From Scyliorhinus canicula (Eukaryota): 64,000 nt of DNA. Below the pieces are notes generated by a model. It was not told where the DNA came from, searched no databases, and saw only the letters and a program-made list of their open reading frames with translations. The stretch spans positions 34,090,322 to 34,154,321 of the forward strand of contig NC_052154.1 of NCBI RefSeq assembly GCF_902713615.1, read 5' to 3'. Numbering within the stretch: the stretch's first letter is position 1; every line of letters starts with the position of its first letter. A program made the translations under genes and the position numbers. Shown piece after piece: positions 11,665 to 25,769 of the stretch.

Positions 11665-12994
11665 GTGGGTACGATCTTGTTTCCCTTCGTAGGAAGTTTT
11701 TGATTTGTAGGAACCTATGTGTGTTTCCCTCCATCAGTTGGAATCTTTCTGTCAGTTCTTTGAGCGTTGTTAGCCTGTTGTTGGTGTAAAAATCCATAAT
11801 TGTCAGTTTCCCCCGTCCTGTCTCCACCTTTTGAAGGTGGCGTCCATAGACGCTGGTGTGAACCTGTGGTTGTTGCAGATGGGGGTTTTGTCCCCGCCAG
11901 GGAGAGTGGGAGTGTGTTCCATCTCAGCAGGTCCTTTTTGACTTCCTCCATCAGGCTGGTCAGATTCCACTTGTGAACCCCCACCTAGTCGTGAGCAATT
12001 TGGATTCCCTGGTAGTGGAATTTGTGTCAAGCCTGTGTCAGGCCTGTTTAAAAGGCAACCACTTCAGCTCTTCCCCGTCCCCTTTGCTCTGGTTACGTTT
12101 GTAGCCCGCGAAGGCTCCAAACTCTTTCAAGAGCACTTTGATTTCTTCCATGCTGTTTCGGGGGTACCGAGATGTAGAGGAGCAGATCATCTGCATAGAG
12201 AGGGACTCTGTGCTCTCCGTCTCCTCTCCAGTCATTTCCAGTTCTTTCTTTCCGAAGCGTGATCGCTAGTGGTTTGATCGCAAGGTATAACAGCAGCGGG
12301 GGTAACGGGCATTGTGTCTTTGTGCAGCTGGAAGTACTTAGAGCTGGTGGTGTTTTTCCGTACGCTCGCTATGGGGGAGCTATACAGGACTTTCACCCAG
12401 GCAGTGAATCCTGTTCCAAGCCTGAACCGCTCCAGTACTTCTATGCAATACTTCCATTCAGCTCTGTTGTCGGCCTTTTCTGCGTCCAGGGAGACGATCA
12501 CCTCAGGTGTTTTCTCTCCCTGGGTGGAGTCATGATCACGTTCAGAAGGTGCCTGATGTTCAATGTTAGCTGTCTACCCTTGACAATGCATATCTGGTCT
12601 TCTGCTACCATCTCTGGTATGCAGTCCTCCAGTCTCTTGGCTAGGATCCTGGCCAGTATTTCCGCATCTGCGTTTAGCAACGAGATGGGTCTGTAGGAAC
12701 TGCATTCTGCTGGGTCTTTGTCTGTCTCAGGTATCAGCGAGATTGAGGCTTGTGCCAACGTAGAAGGCAGTGTGTCAATCGCCAGTGTGTCTGTGAACAT
12801 GTCCCTCAGATGCGGGAACAGCGCTATCGCGAATCTTTTCCAGAAGGAGACAGAGAGCACAGAGTCTCTCTCTATGCGGATGATCTGCCGTGAAATCGAC
12901 CGGTCCCGGAGCCTTCTCCGCCTGCTTGGACCTGATATTCTCCATGACTTCTCCCAGTTCTAGCGGCGTTTCCAGGCCCCGTCTCCTATCAATA

Positions 12995-13281
12995 ATCTTT
13001 ATTATCACAAGTAGGCTTACATTAACACTGCAATGAAGTTACTGTGAAAAGCCCCTCGTCGCCACATTCCACCGCCTGTTCGGAACGCAGGGAGAATTTA
13101 GAATATCCAATTCACATAACAGCACGTCTTTCGGGACTTGTGGGAGGAAACTGGAGGAAACCCACGCAGACATGGGGAGAATGTGCAGACTCTGCACAGA
13201 CAGTGACCCAAGCCGGGAATCGAACCTGGGACCCTGGAGCTGTGAAGCAACTGTGCTAACCACCGTGCTACTGAGTTGCCC
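12995..13281 (-). mobile_element. Chimeric SINE: HE1/V-SINE head and core plus 'tail Z'
   Basis: V-SINE head and core continue into CTTTTCACAGTAACTTCATTGCAGTGTTAATGTAAGCCTACTTGTGATAATAAA. Confidence 0.8.
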
Positions 13282-13819
13282 ATAAAACATATAAAGGCAC
13301 CGCTGAGATCCTCCCCACGACTGGCATGTCCAGTCCATCAAAGAACTTCTTCTTCCCTGAGTCCCCTGCTGGGGAATCTGAGTTGTGCAGCCCCCCCCCC
13401 GGTAGAAGTTCTCAAATGCCTTGCTGACCTTTTCCGGCTCCACTACTAATTTGCCTTTGCTATCCCTAATCTGGGCTATTTCATTCGTGGTTGCCTGCTT
13501 TCTCAGCTGGTGATGGCCTTGTCTCCGTGTTCGTACAGAGTGCCCGGTGCCTGGCAGAATTGATGCTCTGCTTTCTGCGTAGAGAGCAGGTCAAAATCAT
13601 GTGTAGCTTTTTCCTCTCTGCCAGGAGCTCTATGGTTGGGGCCTTGGCGTATCGCCGGTCCACTTCCAATATGGAGTCGACTAGCTGTTTCTTAGCCACC
13701 CTCTCTTCCCTATCTCTTTGTGCTTTGTAGGCGATAACTTCACCCCTGATCGCATCCTTCAGTGCCTCCTCCAACATTGAGGCTGAGACATCCCCATTCT
13801 GCTTATTAGTAATACACAT

Positions 13820-14020
13820 TAGTAGTCCAAAGATGTGCAGATTAGGTGGGTTGGCCATTATAAATTGCCCTTAGTGTCCAAAATTGCCCTTAGTGTTGGG
13901 TGGGGTTACTGGGTTATGGGGATAGGGTGGAGGTGTTAACCTTGGGTAGGGTGGTCTTTCCAGGAGCCGGTGCAGACTCGATGGGCCGAATGGCCTCCTT
14001 CTGCACTGTAAATTCTATGT
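13820..14020 (+). mobile_element. HE1 V-SINE 3' half
   Basis: GTCCAAAGATGTGCAG...GGGCCGAATGGCCTCCTTCTGCACTGTAAATTCTATG. Confidence 0.8.
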
Positions 14021-16159
14021 AAACTTGTCTATGGCTTGTGATATTTTCTCGAGGGGCCGTGTCCAACCTTCATGGAGGGCCTTGGGCATGCCCGTCTCCA
14101 AACACACATCCAGATAATTAGGTTACGATCACAGAATATTCTGCCCTTACCAGCTCTAGAAGCATCAGTTTTCCCACTACAAAGAAGTCAATCTGCAAAT
14201 AGTCATTATGTACTTGGGAGAACTCATTTTCCCCTGGGTGGATGAATCACTATGGGTCCAGCGCCCCCACATGTGCCTTGAATAGGTTGAGTTCCTTCGC
14301 CAGATTGGAGGTCTTCCCTGTTTTGGGGATTCTATGTCAGAGTTTTCTGTTATGGTCTTCTTTACAAACACCATGTCGTCCCAGTTGGGAGTGTACACGT
14401 GAATGAGGGCTACTGGTGCTACGTCAAGGACACCGCTGACGATGACGTACCACCCCCTGGGTCAAAACTGTTCTTGTCGCTGTGAACATCGTCCTCTTAT
14501 TTAACAGCAGGGCTACCCCCCTGGCCCTCGTCCCATAGCAGGAATGGTAGGTCTATCCCACCCAGCCCTTACTTACCCGCAATCGGTCCTTCTCCCTCAG
14601 GTGTGTCTCTTGGAGGGAGACTATGTCAGCTTTCATACTTTTCAAGTCAGCGAAGACTCTGGATCTTTTCACTGAGCTGTTAAGTCCCCTGACCTTCCAG
14701 GTGACTATCCTGATGTTGAGGGGTGGGGGGGGGGGAGTTTGTCCCCTCGCTCCTGCGGGATCAACTATACTTACCTACCTGGTGGATGCGTCCCTGCACT
14801 CCAGGGTTTCCCTTTGTCCATGGACCCACCCAAGTGGTTGCTTGCAGCGCCACTTTGCTCCAATTTGCCACGTGTGACCTGTTGTACCCAGCCTAATGCC
14901 CTCAATCTTTCTTTACCTACCTCTCCTATGTGGTTCTTCTCCCCCCCTCCATGCTCCACGGCCCCTCTCTCCTGCATAATTCCTGGTGCTAGCTACCTCG
15001 CTAGTGTGGTGGCCCCCCTCCTGGGGCTAGTTGTACATCCTCCTGTCGCCCGATCCCTGGGATCCCTGTCTGCCATTACCCTCACCTTCTCCTGAGCTTT
15101 GCAGTGCTTGTTCATACCTCCCTCTCTTACCGCTCTCATCCCCAGAACGAGGCAGTCCACTGCCGCGTAAAGTGATCGCTCTGGTGATGGTTCACAGTTG
15201 GCAGTACAGTGTGTGAAAAGAAAAAACTTGAAAGAGTCTCTTTCTGTGGACTCTTCATCGCTGCCCCTTCTGTCACTTTTCCAGTTTGTTCTCCGCAACG
15301 AACCTGTCCATGTCCACAGGGGCCGTGAAGAAGTGCTTCCTGCCTTGGAACGTGACCCAGAGCTTGGCTGAATACAACATTCCAAACCGTACCCCATTTC
15401 TATACAGTGTGGTCTTCGCCCTATTAAATTCAGCCCGGTGCTTGGCCACGGCAAACTAAATGTCCTGATAAATCCAGATCCAGTAGCCTTCCCAACTACA
15501 GTTTTTTATTGCCTGGCTGAGCGCTTGATTCTTTCCCAGTCCTGGTACCTGTGCATCTTGGCAATTACCCCCCTGCCGTTCCGCTGTTTTGGGCTTTGGT
15601 TGAAGTGACAGATGTGCTCTGTTGATTTCCGATGGGTTGGGGAAGCTATCCCTTCCCACCAGGTTGCCCAGCATTTGGGCCACATAGCCTGTGGAGTTCA
15701 TCCCTCCGGTAGGCCCATGATTCATAGGTTTTGCCGCCTCAACTGGTTCTCCTGATCCTCAACTTTCCCTTTCAGGTTCCCTTGTCGCAACCAGCCTTTT
15801 CCAGGGCGATGATCCGGTCACCCTGGTCTGTTGGAGCCATATCCAGCTCCTTGATTGTTTCTTCTTGGACCACCAGTCGCCTCTCCGCCTTATCTCGGGC
15901 CACCTGTGATGTCACCAGAGCTTCAGCGACCACACCCTTCACCACAGCTTGGATGTCCAAATTTGTTCCGTCCCGATGCTCTCTTAATTCTCTTGAAAGA
16001 AACATCCTCCATCCATCCCCTGGTGTGGTGGGGGCTTCTCGTGTGGTGGGCCAGCCTCTCCTGCTCTGGCAAGGCCCGGGTTTCCCCACCTCGTGCATCG
16101 GCCGGTTCAGTTGTTTGTTTGTCCAGGCTTTTTCCGCTCCTGGTCACCACTCGTCCTCT

Positions 16160-16346
16160 TAATGAAATGAAAATGAAAATGGCTTATTGTCACGAGTAGG
16201 CTTCAATGAAGTTACTGTGAAAAGCCCCTAGTCGCCACGTTCCGGCGCCTGTCCGGGGAGGCTGGTACGGGAATCGAACCATGCTGCTGGCCTGCTTGGT
16301 CTGCTTTAGAAGCCAGCGATTTAGCCGAGTGAGCTAAACCAGCCCC
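16160..16346 (-). mobile_element. tRNA-SINE ('tail Z' family), full length
   Basis: Head GGGGCTGGTTTAGCTCAC, B-box GGTTCGATTCC, tail Z. Confidence 0.85.
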
Positions 16347-17724
16347 TGCTGTTTGGCTGCTGTTTCCTTCTTCTGTGTTTTGGCAGTGGTGTGGGGATGT
16401 TTTGTGGTATTAGCGGGTGTTTTCCGGGCAAAAAGAGTCTATTTTACAAGTTTGTGGGAGGTGAGCCACCTTCTCAGCACATCCCCGTCACCAGAAGTCA
16501 TTGAGAGCCTTGTTAAAGGTCAGTTACAGAGGCTGTCTGTCTGTGTTTTTCTAGAAAGCCTCCAGTTTCCTAACATGATGGGCCGGGATAGGGGGGACAG
16601 TTCAACTGCCTAGAGGTGGACAGCAAGCAGCAAGCCAGGGCGCCTGTACCCGAGGCAGACCTGCAGGCCTCCTGGATGGTTATGTGAACAAAGGCTGCCC
16701 TGTAGAGGGACTCCTCTCCACACATCGGCAGATCTGTGCCATGGCTGCTTTCTCTTCTTTTAAAATGGCATTTATTGAGAAGTGGTTGAGCGTGCGCCTT
16801 CAAGTTGAAACATCTTCTCAGTTACTTCGCATTCATTGCAGCCGGTGGCTGCTCTGAAGCTGCAGGGCCCCTGATTTTCTCGCTTTTTGTGAGCTATAGC
16901 TTGTCTGCTGCTATCAATTGAACAAGGAACCTGACTCCATCTCAGTTTAGGGGTACCGCTGGTCAAAATGCCAATCGGTGACTTGAATCCCCTCAGGGAC
17001 AGGTTCCGAACCTGGAAATAGGAATGGCTCCAGTTCCCTGCCAGCAATGTGAAAACTCGGCCCTCTTGGTTTATTGTCTGTCCTGTATTCACAAAGGGCC
17101 AGAGTCTGATTTCATATTCTGTTAAGTGACTGATTGATATTGCTACCGGCTTGAATCAGACTGCTTCTGGGGCTGCAGAGCTGGTGCTGATAACGAGGTT
17201 TATGTGTGTGTGATTTGGGACAAGCATGGACTCCTCTGATTTCTCATGAAACCCAAGTATCCTTAACATGCACAAGCCTAGCCTGGGCAGTTGCCAGTAA
17301 AACATAGAGCAAGTGTTACACGTAGGGTTTGAGTGAAATTAAACTTGGGTGAAATGTTTCAAGGTTACACCTCATCTCCACCATTCTGTAGACTTTTGTG
17401 AGGGGGCAGCCTTTGTCCATTAATGATGCGAGTGGGTTCCATCAGATGGGTCCAAGCCTGGCTGCCTAAAGAGATAACAATTCCTGCGTTGACTAATTGC
17501 ATGAGGGTTGATTGGAGTGGCCGGGGCAAGAGAGCCTGGAAACCCCTCCCTCATGAGCAGATGGCTGTCAGAATTTCCACTAGTACGGGGCAGTGGAGCA
17601 CTAAAAAAGCACCTGAAGTAATACTTCTGCCCACTGACTCAGTTAATGAGGGATCTCCCACTTGCCCACAAACTCAACTGCCTTTTAGACACAGAAGTCA
17701 CGGGCAAGTACAATCCCAACTGTG

Positions 17725-17910
17725 AAAATGAAATAAAAATTAAATGAAAATCGCTTATTGTCACGAGTAGGCTTCAATGAAGTTACTATGAAAAGTCCCT
17801 AGTCGCCACATTCCGGCGCCTGTTCGGGGAGGCTGGTACGGCAATTGAATGGTGCTGCTGGCCTGCCTTGGTCTGCTTTAAAAGCCAGCGATTTAGCCCA
17901 GTGTGTTAAA
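17725..17910 (-). mobile_element. tRNA-SINE ('tail Z' family)
   Basis: Close match to 16160-16346. Confidence 0.85.
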
Positions 17911-18639
17911 ATATGAGAACGGTATTTCAATATGAGATCAATGTGGTTTCAACCCCCACCCCAGCCTCCGAAAAGAACATCAAATGTCAGTGAACAATAG
18001 CGTACAAAAGCATTTACTAATGGAAATAACCTAAACTGTCCGAACTAAGGACCCAAAATCTTTGATGGAACAGAGCGTGGATCTTTAACGCTCACCACAA
18101 TTGCCTCAATTTCTTTGTTATGAAATAATATTCTTCAATTTTACATGAACAAATCTTTCACAGATTCTAACCGCCGTAGCAATCTTTTCATTATAATTCT
18201 ATCCAGTGGATTAAAACCACTCAGCAGCAACATTGACAAGAATCCAATGCCTTCAGCCAAGTTTCAAACTTGGTCAGTCTTTCCAGCATTGCGTTTCCTT
18301 CACCTCATAATAAGCGCAGTAAAAGTGCATTAACCTCTCATCGACTGCTGTGGAGTATTGGAAATGTTCAATGAATTAAATGCTGCTATTTTTACAGAGA
18401 ACCTATGAAGCATGTCCTTTAATTTTGAGCTCATTACACAGAGCATGCGGATATCACATTTTTGGGATTTAAATTTCAATGCCCTTCCTTCCAGCTTGGA
18501 TTAATCTCCTCATTCTGCAGGAGGTTGGCTCACGATATGCGGCCAGTGAACTAGTTGTCACTTTCGCTGCTGCCCAGGCGGTGAGTCGGATGTCTGTCTG
18601 CAAAATACATCTCTCCAATTTTCGCCTGGTAAACTATAA

Positions 18640-18970
18640 TAATCATAGACATAGAATTTGCAGTGCAGAAGGAGGCCATTCGGCCCAACGAGTCTGAACT
18701 GACCCTTGTAAAGAGCACCCCACATCTCCACCCTACCCCCGTAACCCCAGCTAACCTTTTTGGACACTAAGAACAATTTAGCATAGCCAATCCACCTGAC
18801 CTGCACATCTTTGGACTGTGGCAGGAAACCGGAGCACCCGGCGGAAACCCACTCACTTATGGGGAGAATGTGCAGACTCCACACAGACGGTGACCCAAGC
18901 CGAGTATCGAACCTGGCACTCTGGAGCTGTGAAGCAACTGTGCTAACCACTGTGGTACCGTGCTGCCCCA
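18640..18970 (-). mobile_element. HE1 V-SINE, full length
   Basis: tRNA head, V-domain, CR1-type tail ending AAATTCTATG. Confidence 0.88.
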
Positions 18971-19364
18971 CTTGTAAAAGTTCTGGAATAGTGTCCAATT
19001 ATTTGAATATACTTTCGGCTAATATTTCCACACTTGCCTCAAATGGGACCAGACACTCTATTTGAATCCATTTAAACCAGCTAAAACTTTAGTTGAATCT
19101 GTTACTTTCCTGAGGAAATTCTGCAATCACATCTCGTTACTTTCCCTAACTTCTGGGAGCTTTCAGCTCCTTTTTGTTTTCCTCCTCTTGGTCACTCTTT
19201 GTTATGCTCACAAGGTTTATTTTGTTAATTCTAAATCTATTTATATCTCAATTTATATGTTTCAACCTGTTAATTCCCTCTTTCGGAAAGTACCTAAGAT
19301 GTCAATGTTGCTGAGCACTATTTGTTGAAGTCCCCTTGCATTATCAACAGCAACCCTATGAAAA

Positions 19365-19715
19365 TCAGCTCTGATGAATAGACCCAACTGAAACATGAGC
19401 TTTCAGTGCTTGAGACAGGTAATGAAACAAAATATGGTCTGGGGAAGCTGTAAATGGTAATACAGAATCAAAACCAACAGCTTCTGTCTGAATAATAGAC
19501 AGTGGTTCTGATCTGAAATTGTTGAACTCCAGATGGAGAACCTAATAGAACGTTGACGTGCTGTTCCTCCAACTTTCACTAAGCTGTTTGTTGGGCGGAT
19601 GGCTCTGAGATTTCAAAAACAACTGGAATGGCTAAGCGTGAAATTGGGTGGAAATACGCAGCAAGTCAGGCAGTGTCAATGGAGCGAGAAATAAATTGCA
19701 TATTTCTGGCTTATT
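19365..19715. mobile_element. Penelope-like remnant
   Basis: CTGATGAA...GAAAC pseudo-LTR motif and a TCTGAAATTGTTGAACTC...GTGCTGTTCCTCCA block recalled from shark Penelope repeats. Confidence 0.4.
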
Positions 19716-20600
19716 GGGTGGGATTCTTGATCGGCCAATGCCAAAATCGGGGAAGGCGGTTGGGCGGAGAATTGGTTTTGAGGCGGAAATCGTGACAGGT
19801 GCCGGATTCACGGCAAATCACAATTCTCCGTTGCCTCGACAGCGGCGTCAATGCGTTCCACTCCACACATTTGCATAGCAGGCCTGACCCGGCATTCTCT
19901 GGGGCCTCCACAATTCTCTGCCCCCACTGGGGGGAATTCCCGACATCGAGGTTCACTTGTGCTTTTAAAAATTGAGAAACCAGCGCCTTGGCTGATGAGG
20001 GAGAGAGAGGAGGTAGGACATGGAGAGGCGTGACCGTGGGTGCCGGTCCTGTCACTGGCTGGGGTGGGTGGGTGGGGTACGGTGATGAGTGGAAGGAGCA
20101 TGGGACTGGGGTGACCGCCCCATGTGATTGGGGTGGTGTCCAGGCATGGATCACCATTGCCGAGGCCTGCGCACCCCTATGACCACCCACCTTAGCCCCT
20201 GGTTCTGCAGTACCATCAGCTGTATGTGTGCTCCCACCCCAGCCCCCACTCTCCCATCCCACCAACACCCCGCACCCCTCCAACATCCATACCAACCCTC
20301 ATCAACAGGCCGCCATCCACTGCCGGGGCATCTCATGGCACACCCAAAGGGGGACACAGGGGGCACCGGTGGGGGCTGCGGAGCGTACTACTGGCATGGG
20401 CAGCGGTACACCTGACAGCAGGGACGGGCACCAGGGATACAGGTGCCGGGCACCAATGGAACTAGGGATGGGGGGGGGTGAGGGGAGGGGGGGTATGCGG
20501 GGCCAGGGTTTGCAGTGTCAAAGGGGCCACCATGTAGCTCGGCGGACCTGATGGGGTTACGCACCATGCTAACATGTCAGCCTTGCACCCTCTGCAGATA

Positions 20601-21850
20601 ACGGATATTGGAATACAGCCAGCAATGGTGCTCTTCTGGTCGCTGCAGCCCTGCTGGACACACTGCAGCAGTATGAGCTGGAGCTGTTCGAGGACGAGGA
20701 AGCTGCATTAGTGCAGCATTCATCAGTGGAACAGGAGATAGTCGCTGAGGATGGAGAGCCGGCCGCCCAACAGGCCGAGGAGGCGGCGGTGCCAAGGAGG
20801 CGCCCTGTAAGGCCTCGTGTGTACCAGCAGCGCCTGTCATTAGAGGACCTGCCGGACCGGACATGCCAACAAAGACTCCGGCTGAGCAGGCAAACAATGC
20901 GACATGTCTGCCGGATCATGGTGCACCTCTCACTGCGGGGAAATGGGGGAGACACCAGCTCCTGGTGGCCGCCAAGCTGGTGGTCATCCTGAAATCTAGG
21001 CCACAGGGTCCTTCCAGGAGCCAAGTGGGGACTTGTTTGAGATCTCTCAGAGCTCAGTGCACAGGTGCATCTGTGCCATCATGGAGGCCCTATATGCCCA
21101 GTCGGCGCAACATATCCATTTCAATGTGGACCGAGCCCACCAGGATACCTGTATAGCAGGGTTCGGTGCCATTACCGAGATTGGAGATATCCCTTAACCA
21201 GGGGGGAATCGAGGGGATGCATGTCACTCTACGAGGCACCTGCAGATGACAGGCCGCTCTACGCAAACCGAAAGGGCTTCCACGCGATAAAACGTGCAGC
21301 TGATATGTGACCACCAGCTGTGCATCATGCCCGTCTGCGCCCGATACACGGGCAGTGTGTCCGACACCTTCACCCTGGCGCACATGACAATGCCAGCCTC
21401 TTCGAGGTGCACCCCCTGCAGGAGGGTTGGCTCTTGGGTGACAGGGGTTATCCACTGTGGCTGTTACTGATGCCTATCCAAAGGCCACAGACAGATGTGG
21501 AGACTTGCTATAAAGACACCCATGCAGCGACCAGGGGCATGATCGAGCGGTGTTACAGCATCCTGAAGATGCAGTTCAGCTGCCTGGACCGCACTGGGCG
21601 GGTCCTCCAGTATGGCACTGAGAGGGTCGCCTGCAACGTGCTGACCTGTTGTGTCCTCCACAACATCGTGCAGCAGAGAGGAGACTTGCTGGAGGAGGAG
21701 GGTGAATGCCAGGCCTCTTCTAAAGAGGACAATGCAGGGGAGGGGAAAGATGGATAGGATATGGGTCCCAGGCATGCACGGTAGGCCATACAACGTGTGT
21801 GCCAGGGCCAATGCGCTTGACGCTCTGATCACCTCCAGGTTCACCGAATT
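20601..21850 (+). pseudogene. HARBI1-like DDE transposase (frameshifted)
   Basis: YANRKGFH, GWLLGDRGYPL, HAATRGMIERCYSILKMQFSCLD, CCVLHNI. Confidence 0.9.
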
Positions 21851-22415
21851 GGGGGGGGGGGGGGGGGGGGGGGGACTGGCCAGGAGCACATCCCACCCCA
21901 ACACTTCCCACTCCCCAACTGTAACCCCCTTCGTGGTATATACCTCCCGCGCTATGGGGTACAGGCCCTGGGTTGGCAGTACCAGCGGGTCTGGTCCATG
22001 GGATGAAGAATGATGACAACCCACTCTGAGATGAGCTCTGGTGCTCCGCATTGTTTTGACAATGTCTAACTCCTGCCAATGGTAGAACTTCCCACCATCC
22101 ACTTGGGTGCTTCCTGCATGCGAGCTGGCCATTCCATTACATGGGTGTCAACCGATCCTCTGGGGTGCCAGAGATGGGGACGGTGGGTGGCACACCGGAG
22201 CAGTGAGCCCTGGCTGAACTTTGGTCCCTAAGCCAAGCCCCCTGTGCCCCCATCGCGGCCAGCCCAGACCAGCCCAACCCTCACACCATCCTAATAGAGC
22301 ACCGAGGCAGGTTGTAGCATTGTGCATAGGTGTTTAATGTGAAAACATGTACAGACACCTGCCTGAGCCCCTGGAACTAAACTGTGCCCTGCACCTGTGC
22401 CAACTTAATTGGTGT

Positions 22416-24543
22416 CTAGTTTTCTGGACTCATGGACCCTAACGTTACGTCTAGGTGGACCCCCAGATAGTACATCAGGAAGGGAGGTGGCCTGCTGTGA
22501 TTTCCGCCCTGTGACCTAGGTCCCCTTTGATGGGCATGTTCTGGGGCGACTGGGCTTGAACAGTTGCAGCTCGAGTGTCCCAGGTGGCATAGTGCTGCTC
22601 TGTTCTGCCCGCTGCCCACCACGTGCACCAGGGACAGGAGGGGGGAAAGTCCGAGGTGCTGAGGTGTTCCGGCACCTTCCCTGCAGGAGTTACCGGCACA
22701 GGCCCATCACCTCCTCCTCCCTCCGGGTACCCAATGGTCCCCGAGCTACTCCATGGGCTGGGAGTGCGAGCGGACCAATCTCCTCAGGCTCCCCCGACAC
22801 CTGGCGCTTGCAGCCTTGGAGGCCAACTGGCATCTCGACCAGGATCTGCATCCTCACGGGCCATGGAGCACAGGGAGTAGACCACCCCTGTCTGGGACTG
22901 CGCCACATCACCCATTGACTGTGCCATCACCTTCTGGGTCTGTGACACGTCAGCCAGTGACTGTGCCACCACCTTCTGGGACTGGGCCACCTCTCTCTGC
23001 ATCTGTGCCATGTCGGGCAGCGCCTAGGCAACGCCACCGACGCTCAGGAGCGCCGCCGAAATGTCCAGGTGGTTCTGGCACATGGCTGCCTGCGAGAGGG
23101 CAGCCATATCCTAGGCCTCAACCAGTGCCTGCACAGAATGCCCCAGGCCTTGGACATCTTGATCCATAGCCAAAATCCTTGCACCCCCCCCCCCCCCCCC
23201 CCAAAGGCCTCCACCACGGACGCCTCCCATGCAGTGTTGGCCTGGGTGGCACACATGCCAGCACCACCTCCTGCTCCTGCACACGGTTGGACTCCTCCAC
23301 CTCCGCCTGCAGGCGCTGGATACTCGCCACCAATCCCTCATGTAGTCCCTGGCTCAGCGACTGCATCTCCTCAATCGACCGTCCGTTCCAGAAGCCCAAA
23401 ACCTGTCTGGATGGCAGCTAGTTCATGGGGTCAGCCTGCCCTCTGACTATCCGTCCCCTCGGGAGTTCCTACCTCCACCTGATGTACCGGAGCATCTTGT
23501 GTGGTGCACACCAGATAGGGTCCCAGGAGCCTCTTCACTAACGTACACTAACGAGGTGAATGTATCTGGGATGGTGGAGAGTGTTGGAGACAGCTGTGAT
23601 GGGAAGTCAGTGTCACCATCGGAATTAACCTCTGGGGTGTCCTGGGTCTCGAGTTGATGTCTCTCGTCCATGTCGGCATCCTCGCCACTGCTCGGCACTG
23701 GGGCTCTGATTCTGGATGTGACTGAGGGCAGGAGACACCAGAACAACCCACCCCCATCACCAGAAAGATACAACACAGGGCACATGATTAGACCACGGGC
23801 CAGACAGGAGTGGGAGTGGTGGAGGGGCGGTTGGGGTGGTGTGAGGGTGGTATGGGGGGGTGATGGTGGGGGGGGGAGTGACACACTTGTCACGGGGAAC
23901 CGCAACTCTACGGGGTCTCACTTCCTCGCCCAATGCCGATCTTCACACCGGCAACTACCCTTTTCCTTGGGCCCAGCAGCCATGTCCAGGGCCCGCTGCT
24001 CTGCTGCAGTGAGAGGCTGCAGGCCCAGCAGGCATGTCCAGGGCCCGCTGCTCTGCTGCAGTGAGAGGCTGCAGGCCCAGCAGGCATGTCCAGGGCCCGC
24101 TGCTCTGCTGCAGTGAGAGGCTGCAGGCCCAGCAGTCCCCTTACAGATTTCTCCTGCTCCCGGCGGTTATGGGTGGCACCCAGCCACAGCAGTTGGGACG
24201 GGTGCTGGCAAGTGGTGCAGGGTGGAGGTTCGGACGCCCTCCATGTGGGGGGTAGGGTTACGGGTATGGGAGATGAGGGTTGGTGCCAGGGGCACAATGC
24301 TGCCTATTCGCTCTGGCAGTACTAAGGAGTTCGTGCAGTTTCTTATGGCACTGCTGGCCAGTCCGGACGGTGATGCTGATGGCGCTTATAGCCTCTGCCA
24401 CCTGTGCCCAGCCACGCAAAGGCGGTGGCTGGCAGCCTCCTTCTTGGGCCTCGGTTCAGGGTCAACCATCTCTCCTCCACAGCATCTAGCAGCGTCTCAA
24501 GCTTGCCGTCTATGAACCTTGGTGCCACTCTCCTCGCTGCCAT
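22416..24543 (-). pseudogene. Harbinger Myb/SANT-like DNA-binding protein gene (intron-containing, degenerate)
   Basis: MAARRVAPRFIDGKLETLLDAVEER start; PLTAAEQRAL; C-terminal VAQSQ heptad repeats. Confidence 0.75.
23970..24135 (+). repeat. 52-bp tandem repeat, about 3 near-perfect copies
   Basis: CATGTCCAGGGCCCGCTGCTCTGCTGCAGTGAGAGGCTGCAGGCCCAGCAGG starting at 23981, 24033 and 24085. Confidence 0.95.
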
Positions 24544-25769
24544 CTTGTTGGCTGGGATGGTGTGTGTGGGGAGTGAAGTGTGTGTATGCGGCTTCAGTTT
24601 GTCAGCCTCCTGAGTGTCAGTCATGAATCCAGCACCGTTTCTGTTTGGAATTGATTGTGTTACCCACGGCACTGGTGCTAACCCCTCAACGGTCGCTGAA
24701 TCGGTCCAGGTACGGTGCCAGTTTTGCTGTCGTGGAAGTCTGCGAATTCTGCACGGCGTCAACACTTAGCCTCAGGAAAGGGGGATTCCACCAACGACCT
24801 TGCATCAGTTCTGATAAAAGGTGGGATCTTCTTTGAGTCATGAACGTGAATAGGGACCATTTCTGGGTCCAGCCCTGTCTATCTGGGGGGCCAGACTCTG
24901 TGATCGGCCCATCCAATTGAGGATAGTGGGTGGGTCCTAATCAGAGGGCATGCAACCTTGGAATGACGGCAGGCCCATTGCTAGAGTTTTATTCTTCTAT
25001 ATAGCTGTTCCTGTGTGCTGAGTCTCAGTAGATAAATCCACAATGCGTTTACACAATCCCTTCTAAGCGGCTTGTGCCTTTCTATCATTATAAAAACACA
25101 ATGTGATGTTTAGCAGTGCTCCCTCAGCCTGGCAGCAGTCAGTACAGGTATAACATGGTGACCAGTCATAGACCATTCAACATAGTATGAGACAGCCCTT
25201 CACGTTTTGGTCGGACCACAACAAAACCACAGCATCAGAGCGTGTTGGATTTGCACTGTGGTGGCTGCACAGAAAGGCTCTGAAGACATAATACCTAGGT
25301 AGTGCTCAAATAAAGAGCTGGTTCGGAGATTAAATCCTCATGGTGAGATTTAATGTATAGTTTCATGAGTGGGACAGTGTGTCGAGAGGACCTGCACCTG
25401 GGTAGCTCAGTTGGGAAAGGCAAGGATCAGGATATTGTTGCGCAAAGGACTTCAAAAATAGACCCCACTGGGATTGAACTTGGCACACTTACAGAGCGCA
25501 TGTCCATGCATCGGGACGTCCGCACAACCTGACGCACGTGTGCGGCGTTCAATCTTCATACACCAGTAGATTCATTGAAAGTTATGGACTATTGAATGCA
25601 AACCAGCCAAAGTAGCCGTAAAAATTTGTCTCGCAATTGGGTTCAAAGGTATTAACATGCTGAACACTTCATGGAGTAACAGCAGAAGAACTAAAGTGTC
25701 ACCAAAAGGTGGACTACATTCGATGACCAGTTCAGAATCAGGTACAACTTATGTATTCTTCAACAAGAG

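Larger units (their letters stand above)
9230..16480 (-). mobile_element. Near full-length decayed L1/Tx1-clade LINE with nested insertions
   Basis: ORF1 remnants ~15400-16150; APE start IRIVTWKVRGLN...LQETHL (~14710); RT blocks SYRPISLLNADAEILARILAKRL and MIVSLDAEKA; G-rich 3' UTR; A-rich tail near 9230. Confidence 0.9.
19716..24792 (+). mobile_element. PIF/Harbinger DNA transposon copy 1 (decayed, two convergent genes)
   Basis: Degenerate TIRs GGGTGGGATTC / GGATTCCACC; transposase on plus, Myb/SANT gene on minus. Confidence 0.88.

Noticed and set aside
16270-16346. tRNA genes at SINE heads
   Set aside because: A and B boxes are present, but they run into SINE bodies and tails, with no clean cloverleaf or terminator
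19650-24800. Dense overlapping 60-220 aa ORFs (also 49.9-54.7 kb)
   Set aside because: These are GC-rich Harbinger sequence and alternative frames of decayed transposase and Myb genes, not host genes
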